Assembly (NCBI GenBank): GCA_964342365.1
Contig: CAYFGW010000055.1
Location: 1-22,005, forward strand
Direction of reading: 5' to 3'
DNA length: 22,005 nt
Origin: an uncultured Candidatus Sericytochromatia bacterium
GTDB lineage: Bacteria > Cyanobacteriota > Sericytochromatia > UBA7694
Numbering within the stretch: the first letter of the stretch is position 1; each line of letters opens with the position of its first letter. A program made the translations under genes and the position numbers. The notes below the pieces were generated by a model. It did not search any database. It had not been told where the DNA came from and was given only the letters and a program-made list of their open reading frames with translations. Shown here piece by piece: positions 8,154 through 14,523 of this stretch.

Positions 8154-8482
8154 AAGCTCCGTTATTATTTTGGTTAATATTCACCGCAAATAAGAAATAT
8201 ACGTGCAAATTGGGTCAAAAAACGTTTATTTTAACCGGTCTTTTCAGGGCCATTTCTCACGGGTTTGTGTTTTACAGTGTAACCTATCGCACATTTTCAG
8301 GCTACCCTGCCAGCACGGATTTTGGCTTTCAAAAAAACTATTGATTCGTCTCAAAGTAAGCTGAGTTGGTTATTACAGCGTTTTATATCTTTTTTTGTTA
8401 TTTTGTGGCAGAAAGCATGAGACCACAACCAGGGATAAATCCTTGTATACATGTGTTTGTTTGTGTATTTGTATGAATTTCT
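8154..8482 (-). promoter_or_regulatory. Unusually long (~330 bp) untranslated region between tatC and nrdJ. It is the presumed nrdJ promoter and 5' leader, and it contains a TG/CA-rich simple tract (8445-8475) and a TGTATACA palindrome.
   Basis: There is no ORF here. Composition is AT-rich. I found no recognisable NrdR box pair or B12-riboswitch core by eye. Confidence 0.3.
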
Positions 8483-9292
8483 TTAGTTTTCGGGATTTCT
8501 TGACAAAAGTAACCGTTCGCCCAACCACATAAGCACCAGTCCCAACTCAAATAAAACAATCAGGGTACTGGCCAGCAGGGTCTGGGTCATCATGTCCACC
8601 GAAGGCGTAATGACCGCTGCCACCACAAAGCTCACCAGAATGGCGTAGCGACGTTGGGACACCAACAGTTGACGCTCCACAATGCGAAAAATGCCCAGAA
8701 TTAACATGACAATGGGCACCTGAAACATCAGACCGGTACTAAAAATCAGCACCGAAGCAAAACCCACAAAGCGGTCAATAGACAGCATGGGCTGAATGCC
8801 TTCGGGCGTAAAACCAATTAAGAATTGCAGGCCCAGGGGCAAAAGTAAGAAGTAGGCAAACATGACCCCTGCCAGAAAGAGGCCGTAACTGAACACAATA
8901 ATGGGCATTAACACCCGACGCTGCCAGCGCTCTAAGGCCGGTCCCACAAACCAGAACACTTCTCGTAGCACCACGGGTACCGCCAGGAACAGACCAATCA
9001 AAATAGACATGCGCATGACGGCGGTAAAGCCTTCGGCCGGAGATACAATCACAAACTGTACGTTAGCAATGCGAGACTGAAGCATTTCCAGCAGCGGCTG
9101 GTGAAAGTAAAAGCCTGCAGCAGCACCAATCACCACCGCTACTGCACAAATAATCAGGGCCCGGCGCAGTTCTCCCAGATGCTGAAAAAAGCCCATTTCT
9201 CCGCGATCTTCTTGTACCACAACCTCTGGCAAGTGGTCAGGATCCGCCTGCTTGCGATCTTTTTCCGTTTCACTAAAAGGATGTTCAGTCAT
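8483..9292 (-). CDS. tatC: Sec-independent (Tat) protein translocase subunit TatC
   Basis: Polytopic membrane protein with a TatC-type N-terminus (MGFFQHLGELRRAL..) and six hydrophobic segments. The chosen start, ATG at 9290-9292 (MTEHPF...), lies 2 nt after the upstream methyltransferase stop. The longer track ORF from 9337 would overlap the upstream gene by ~50 nt. Confidence 0.85.
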   Translation of the reverse strand: MTEHPFSETEKDRKQADPDHLPEVVVQEDRGEMGFFQHLGELRRALIICAVAVVIGAAAGFYFHQPLLEMLQSRIANVQFVIVSPAEGFTAVMRMSILIGLFLAVPVVLREVFWFVGPALERWQRRVLMPIIVFSYGLFLAGVMFAYFLLLPLGLQFLIGFTPEGIQPMLSIDRFVGFASVLIFSTGLMFQVPIVMLILGIFRIVERQLLVSQRRYAILVSFVVAAVITPSVDMMTQTLLASTLIVLFELGLVLMWLGERLLLSRNPEN

Positions 9293-10085
9293 GAGGCGTG
9301 TCCTGTGAAGCCTCTTGTAAGCCCTCTTGTAAACCATGCTGGCGAAGATACTCGTGGGCCAACATGGCGCCAGCGGTCACCACGTTAAGGGATTCTACCC
9401 GGGCGTGGATGGGAATGCGCAGCGTCATCCCCGCCAGTTCCCGCAAATCGGGATGTAACCCTTGCCCTTCGTGACCCAGAGCCAGTAGCATTTTTTCGGG
9501 CAGTGGGCTGGCTACGCTCAGGCTGTGAGCCTCTGCGGCAGTGGCTACCAGTGTCCAGCCGCCGTTCAGGTAGTTGCTGAGTGCAGGAATATCCACCTGC
9601 ATCACGGGCAAACGCAGGCTTGCTCCCATGGAGCCCCGAATCACTTTAGACTGAAAGGGATCGGGGGTGGGGCCAAAACTTAAGATGCCCCGCCAGTTCA
9701 GGGCATCCGCCAGACGACACAGGGCGCCAAAGTTACCGGGGTCTTGCAGACGATCTGCCACAAACCAGGCGCTTGCCCGCTGTGGATCTTCGGGAATGTC
9801 TTGCATGCGAAACACCGCTAATGCGTCGGGAGCAGAGCTCATTTGGGAGGCATACTGCATGAGTTCGGCGGGGAGTTCGTACAAAGCAAAATGATCCAGC
9901 GCAGCCTCCGACAGCATCATGCCCTCACGCACAAAGATCTGCTCGGCCTGCCAGCCGTTGCTCAGGGCTTCTTCAATTAATACCCGGCCTTCAATCACAA
10001 AAGCACCGTTTTTCTGACGGTATTTCCTTTGCGCTAACTGGCGCAGATGTTTTATCTTAGGGTTAGATCGACTATGTATCAACAT
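9285..10085 (-). CDS. TrmH/SpoU-family RNA 2'-O-methyltransferase (RlmB/YacO-like)
   Basis: The N-terminal substrate-binding motif is present (SNPKIKHLRQL...GAFVIEGRVLIEEAL). SpoU methylase motifs are also present (DPGNFGALCRLADALN, GHEGQGL, SLNVVTAGAMLAHEY). Confidence 0.8.
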   Translation of the reverse strand: MLIHSRSNPKIKHLRQLAQRKYRQKNGAFVIEGRVLIEEALSNGWQAEQIFVREGMMLSEAALDHFALYELPAELMQYASQMSSAPDALAVFRMQDIPEDPQRASAWFVADRLQDPGNFGALCRLADALNWRGILSFGPTPDPFQSKVIRGSMGASLRLPVMQVDIPALSNYLNGGWTLVATAAEAHSLSVASPLPEKMLLALGHEGQGLHPDLRELAGMTLRIPIHARVESLNVVTAGAMLAHEYLRQHGLQEGLQEASQDTPHD

Positions 10086-10109
10086 GTGAGGTATATTGTA
10101 CCGCGGCTT

Positions 10110-12074
10110 ATGAGAGAAAAGGTATGGATTGGACTACGGATTGTTCTGGCCCTCTGCGCCCTCGGCGGAGGATATTTGCTGCTGCGCAAACTCTGGTTTC
10201 TGCGTCTGGACCAGCCGCTGTACCTGCTGGGACTGCTGCTTTTAATCCCCGCGGTGCTTCTGCTGCGTCACTATAGTCGGCGACAGCAGGAGCGTTTAGA
10301 CCATCTCTATGAACACCCGCTTCAGTCCCGCCTGTCTATTCGAGGGCCCGCGGCGCTGTGGAAGCAGCACTTGCCGCTAATGGCCCTGTTTGCCTGTGGT
10401 ATGGTGGCTCTGGCCCGTCCCCAGGGGCCGATGATCTTTAGTGAGAGTACCAGCAGTGGTATCGACATTCTTATCGGCATTGATGTATCAGACAGTATGA
10501 AAGCCACTGACGAAGCTTATCCCAATCGCATGGGTGCTTCGGCAAACGTCATTCGTCAGATGCTGCCCTTTTTTGAGGGAGATCGCGTGGGGCTATTTGT
10601 GTTTAGTGGTGAAGCCTTTAGTCTGGCTCCCTTTACTTATGACCACGGGACGTTAAACACTTTTCTGGATGAAATCAGTCCGGACCTGTTGCCCTCCGAA
10701 ACCACGGACTTAGAAGAAGCCTTTCAACATGCGGTGAAGCGCTTTGGACTCGATAAGACAGAAGCAAACAAGACGGGTAATACGCCGGTGCAAGAAAAAG
10801 CGGGTCAATTGCTCATGCTGTTTAGTGATGGGGAAAACCAGCTGGGGGATTATCAGGATGAAGTGAAAACCCTGGCCCGAAATAAAGTACCCGTATTGAC
10901 CGTGGGCGTGGGCACCACACAGGGGGCTCGCATTCCTGAAAACGGCCTCATGGGCAGAGGCTATAAAGTGTGGCAGGGACAGTACGCCATCAGTAAACTC
11001 AATCCCACCCTCCTGAACAAAATTTCTGACGCCACGGCGGGCACCTATTTGCCCCTGAAAAAGGTCAATCAGCTGCCTGCGGCCCTGCAAGCTGCCAGGT
11101 CCAATTTGTATTTAAAAAGTAGCGATCGTAAAACCCAGACCTTTGAAGAACGCTATATGTACTGGATTGGTTTGGGAATTTTGCTCTGGCTGCTGTTGCC
11201 CCTGCTTTTGTCGGGCCGGGAATTTGTTAGGCCTCCTTCTTTTCAGCGGGCCCTTCGTCAGCAGAAAATCAGGCTCAATTCCACACAAGTGGCGCTGGTG
11301 TTCTTTTTGTTGTCTCCGCTGCTACAGAGCGCCTGGAGTCCTCAACAGGGCTGGAAAAGCCTGATGGACTACTGGCAACAAACCCGGGGCCAGCAGGCTT
11401 ACGAAGACGGCAATTATGAGGCCGCAGAAGAATCCTTTGCGCCTGAAGAAGATGGTAATGCGACCCTGCGTAATAATCAGGCCCAGTCTCAGTACCGCAG
11501 CGAAGACTACGATCAGGCCATCGAAAACTTCAAAAAGAATCTGGATGCCACCGAGCTAAATGCTCAGCAAAAAGCTAACACCCACTACAATCTGGGCAAT
11601 AGTTATTATCGTAAAGGGCAGGATCGCTGGGAGGATGCGGTGAAGGCTTATGAAGAAGCCCTGAAGCTCAATCCCAAAGACAAACAGGCCTTAGAAAACC
11701 TGAATTTTGTGCAACAAAAGCTGGCAGAGCAGCAGCAAAAACAGCAGGGCAACGACAACAAGAATCAGCAAAACCAGCAACAAAATCAGCAGGGCAACAA
11801 CGATGACCCTCAGAATCAGCAGCAGCCGCAGCAGAATCCGCAAAATGATCCTCAGCAGGAGCCCCAGGAACCGCAAACGCCCCAAAACGAACCCACGCCG
11901 GAGCCTTCGCCTCAATATTATGATCAAAAAGAGCTAGAAGAAGCCCTCAAACAGCGGGAACGGGACGAGCGCAACAACAAGAACAATTTTCACCGCTTCC
12001 GCAAAAAGCAAAAAGAGGCCCGCCAGAATCAGGATCCGTGGGACGCGGCGGCCAACGGCGTGAAAAACTGGTAA
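10110..12074 (+). CDS. BatA/BatB-like aerotolerance-type membrane protein. It has N-terminal transmembrane helices, a VWA domain with a MIDAS motif, a third transmembrane helix, TPR-like repeats, and a Q/N/P-rich low-complexity tail.
   Basis: LDQPLYLLGLLLLIP...LARPQ matches the BatA N-terminal signature. DVSDSM is a MIDAS motif. YNLGNSYYRKGQDRWEDAVKAYEEALKLNPKD is TPR-like. The tail reads QQQKQQGNDNKNQQNQQQNQQGNNDDPQNQQQPQQNPQ.... The start is ambiguous among 10047, 10074 and 10110; I chose 10110 (MREKVW). Confidence 0.75.
   Translation: MREKVWIGLRIVLALCALGGGYLLLRKLWFLRLDQPLYLLGLLLLIPAVLLLRHYSRRQQERLDHLYEHPLQSRLSIRGPAALWKQHLPLMALFACGMVALARPQGPMIFSESTSSGIDILIGIDVSDSMKATDEAYPNRMGASANVIRQMLPFFEGDRVGLFVFSGEAFSLAPFTYDHGTLNTFLDEISPDLLPSETTDLEEAFQHAVKRFGLDKTEANKTGNTPVQEKAGQLLMLFSDGENQLGDYQDEVKTLARNKVPVLTVGVGTTQGARIPENGLMGRGYKVWQGQYAISKLNPTLLNKISDATAGTYLPLKKVNQLPAALQAARSNLYLKSSDRKTQTFEERYMYWIGLGILLWLLLPLLLSGREFVRPPSFQRALRQQKIRLNSTQVALVFFLLSPLLQSAWSPQQGWKSLMDYWQQTRGQQAYEDGNYEAAEESFAPEEDGNATLRNNQAQSQYRSEDYDQAIENFKKNLDATELNAQQKANTHYNLGNSYYRKGQDRWEDAVKAYEEALKLNPKDKQALENLNFVQQKLAEQQQKQQGNDNKNQQNQQQNQQGNNDDPQNQQQPQQNPQNDPQQEPQEPQTPQNEPTPEPSPQYYDQKELEEALKQRERDERNNKNNFHRFRKKQKEARQNQDPWDAAANGVKNW
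11690..11900 (+). repeat. Low-complexity CAG/CAA/AAC/CCN-rich coding tract (the Q/N/P-rich tail of the VWA-TPR protein)
   Basis: Visible triplet-repeat-like composition. The antisense and alternate-frame ORFs at 11691..11927 and 11707..11937 are artifacts of this tract. Confidence 0.6.
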
Positions 12075-12088
12075 GTGACGGTATAATA
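12061..12088 (+). promoter_or_regulatory. Candidate sigma70-type promoter for the crotonase operon: GTGAAA, a 16-nt spacer, then a perfect TATAAT at 12083-12088. An AAGGA SD follows before the ATG at 12114.
   Basis: Read from the sequence. The -35 element is weak and overlaps the end of the upstream CDS. Confidence 0.35.
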
Positions 12089-12113
12089 AAAGAAAACCAC
12101 CAAGGATAAAGTC

Positions 12114-12899
12114 ATGTCAGAAGAAACCATTCTCTATGATGTTAAAGAAAACGTTGCCTTTATTACCATCAACCGCCCCAAGCGTTTAAACGCGCTGAGT
12201 ATTCCCACTTTAAAAGACATGGTGACCGCCCTCAAGCGAGCGGACGAAGACAATGACGCTCGCGCCATTGTCATTACCGGTAGCGGTACCAAGGCCTTTT
12301 GTGCGGGTGCAGACATTGACAGCTTTTATAACGAAAGCAAGGGCTCTGTGAATGAACACGAATTCAGAGATCAGCTGTTGGCCCTGTTTACGGTCATGAC
12401 GCAGTTGAAAAAACCCACCATTGCCCGCGTGAACGGCTATGCCCTCGGCGGTGGTTTTGGTCTGGCCATGGCCTGTGATCTGGTGGTGGCTTCCAGTAGT
12501 GCTCAATTTGGGACTCCTGAAGTGAATATTGGTCTGTTCCCCATGATGATTATGCCCGTTTTACAGCGCAATATTGGCCGCAAAAAGCTTTTAGAAATGA
12601 TGTACACCGGCGATAAAATCAAAGGTGACGAAGCCCTGGCACTGGGTATGATTAACTATTCGGTCAGTATTGATCAATTGGATCAAACCATTCTGGAGCT
12701 GACCCGCAAACTCACCCGCAAAAGCCAGATGATTTACAAACTGGGCCGCGAGGCTTTCCACACCATGGCAGATATGCCCCTGCGGGAAGCCCTGGACTAT
12801 TTACAGGATATGCTTTCCAAAAATTTACACACAGAAGACGCCAAAGAAGGCTTACAGGCTTTCTTACAAAAACGTCCGCCCGTCTGGAAAGATCAGTAA
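12114..12899 (+). CDS. Enoyl-CoA hydratase/isomerase (crotonase) family protein. One of the two hydratase catalytic Glu residues is not conserved.
   Basis: Crotonase-fold motifs are present: AFCAGADI, NGYALGGGFGLAMACDL, FGTPEVNIGLFP. The GGGxE glutamate is replaced (GGGFG), while the second Glu (TPE) is retained. Confidence 0.85.
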   Translation: MSEETILYDVKENVAFITINRPKRLNALSIPTLKDMVTALKRADEDNDARAIVITGSGTKAFCAGADIDSFYNESKGSVNEHEFRDQLLALFTVMTQLKKPTIARVNGYALGGGFGLAMACDLVVASSSAQFGTPEVNIGLFPMMIMPVLQRNIGRKKLLEMMYTGDKIKGDEALALGMINYSVSIDQLDQTILELTRKLTRKSQMIYKLGREAFHTMADMPLREALDYLQDMLSKNLHTEDAKEGLQAFLQKRPPVWKDQ

Positions 12900-14504
12900 A
12901 TGAGTCAGCAAGAGCGACCCGCCCGCTCCTTGCGACAGGGGGGACAACGTCGGGTATACAGAGACTGGAGCGCCGCTGAAGCCGCATTAGAAGGTGGAAC
13001 TGATGCTCTCAATAGCGGGTTGGGCGATGAAATGGACCAGCTCATTGCCTCACAAGCGCAGGAAATGCAGATGATTGATACCCTGCAAGATGAGGAAGTA
13101 GAAGCAGAAGTTGGCGGCAGCTATTCTGCGCCGGTGCAGCCTGCGGCCAGTCCCTCGCCCCATCAGCAGGACATGGCACCGCTTAAGGTGATTGTGCCCG
13201 ACGCTCCCCAGAGTGAAGAACCCAAAGAAAAACCCAAAGTGACCCGCATGGACGGTCGAAAGCTCCAGCGGGCGCGGCGCTATAGCGAACTGAAGGCCGA
13301 CGACGAGCGCAAAAAGCGCGAAGAAGCGGAAGCGGCAGAAAAAGCCGCTGCAGAGGCTGCCAAACAAGAGGCCAGCCGCAAAGCACCGCCCGATCGCTCC
13401 GCCAAAACCCGGGCGTTGCCCCAGCATCAGACCACCCAGTTGCAGGGCAATCTGCAGGATGTGAACAAAAAAATTGAAGAAACCCGCGAAAACGTCAAAA
13501 GTACCGCAGAGGCCTTATCCGAGAATATCAAAGAGATTTCCGATAAAATCACCGTCAAGGTGGTGGGCGGGATTCAGCGTTTTAGCAAGGGTTTAAACCG
13601 CTTTATCAACCGTGTGGGCAAAGACGTGGATCCCGTGGAGCGGGAAACCGACTTCGAAGATGAACCGTTGCCCACAGACGCACCCGCTCAGCCTGCCATA
13701 AAAGAAGACGCTGCCCCTCTGAACGTGCCCCGTGACCCCCTTGGTCATGTGGAAACGGTGCCCAAAGTGATGTATGCGGATCTACTCAAAGAAAAAGTGT
13801 ACTTTCAGGATTTCAAAAAAAATCCCCTCGTGGAATCTCCCGAAAACCTCTCTGCTGAGGATTTACAAACCGCTTTTGTAGAAGCGGCTTTGCAAGATAT
13901 TCGTCGCTGCGTCAAACTGGTGCGAGAATTACCCGACCCCAAAGAAGGGCCTTATTCAGGACTTCCCGTGGCCTTTATTTTCAAAAACGTGCGCGAAAAC
14001 GATTTGTACTTCTTTATGCATTATGTGCTCTCCAAGCCGGGGCCCTTCCGCAAGAAAACCTTTAAAATTTCTGAGGCCTTTGGCACCTGGATTTTAAAAC
14101 GTTCTGCCATTACAGTGGTGGCGCGGCCTTTTCCAGAAGTACCGGATATCCATTATTTGCCGTTGTATAAGCAAAATATTCGCTTTACCACCCGCGATCG
14201 TAAGTCTTTGATTCTGGCTTCTAACAAAACGCCGGAGGCTTTTGAAGGGGAATTTATGGAGCGAGCCATCGACGAGGTGAAAAACTGTGTGCCGCTGGTG
14301 GAAAATTTCCCACCCACGGACAAGGGCCCCTATCAGAAGCGGCCCCTGAAACAGGTGTTTCGCTATGTACAGGAGCGGGATATTCACTTCTTCCTGCACT
14401 ATATCCAGGCCAACCCGGACGTGTTTCAGGGACAGAACTTTAAGTTTGCGGAAGCCTTTGCCAGCTGGATTCTAAAGCGTTCTCACGAAACCCAGCTGCC
14501 TTAA
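12900..14504 (+). CDS. Hypothetical 534-aa protein. It has an N-terminal charged, low-complexity (disordered or coiled) region and two tandem copies of a ~95-aa domain. I recognise no known family.
   Basis: The ATG immediately follows the crotonase stop (TAAATG), so the two are translationally coupled. There is no signal peptide. The repeats are ...VKLVRELPDPKEGPYSGLPVAFIFKNVRENDLYFFMHYVLSKPGPFRKKTFKISEAFGTWILKRS and ...VPLVENFPPTDKGPYQKRPLKQVFRYVQERDIHFFLHYIQANPDVFQGQNFKFAEAFASWILKRS. Confidence 0.7.
   Translation: MSQQERPARSLRQGGQRRVYRDWSAAEAALEGGTDALNSGLGDEMDQLIASQAQEMQMIDTLQDEEVEAEVGGSYSAPVQPAASPSPHQQDMAPLKVIVPDAPQSEEPKEKPKVTRMDGRKLQRARRYSELKADDERKKREEAEAAEKAAAEAAKQEASRKAPPDRSAKTRALPQHQTTQLQGNLQDVNKKIEETRENVKSTAEALSENIKEISDKITVKVVGGIQRFSKGLNRFINRVGKDVDPVERETDFEDEPLPTDAPAQPAIKEDAAPLNVPRDPLGHVETVPKVMYADLLKEKVYFQDFKKNPLVESPENLSAEDLQTAFVEAALQDIRRCVKLVRELPDPKEGPYSGLPVAFIFKNVRENDLYFFMHYVLSKPGPFRKKTFKISEAFGTWILKRSAITVVARPFPEVPDIHYLPLYKQNIRFTTRDRKSLILASNKTPEAFEGEFMERAIDEVKNCVPLVENFPPTDKGPYQKRPLKQVFRYVQERDIHFFLHYIQANPDVFQGQNFKFAEAFASWILKRSHETQLP
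13824..14482 (+). repeat. Intragenic tandem duplication: two diverged copies of a ~95-codon domain, approximately 13824-14105 and 14232-14482
   Basis: A protein-level self-alignment shows the conserved pattern F.EA..D...CV.LV...P...GPY...P....F..V.E.D..FF.HY....P..F....FK..EAF..WILKRS. Confidence 0.7.
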
Positions 14505-14523
14505 AACACTTCCCTGAAACGGC

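Noticed and set aside
8154-8482. NrdR boxes or a cobalamin riboswitch upstream of nrdJ
   Set aside because: Scanned by eye for acaCwAtATaTwGtgt-type palindromes and for a B12-box (GCCACTG on the transcribed strand). None is convincing, and a B12 riboswitch is not expected on a B12-dependent RNR anyway.
11691-11937. Overlapping 76-78-aa ORFs on both strands in the Q/N-rich tract
   Set aside because: Low-complexity triplet-repeat DNA is open in several frames. The in-frame VWA-TPR gene explains the region.
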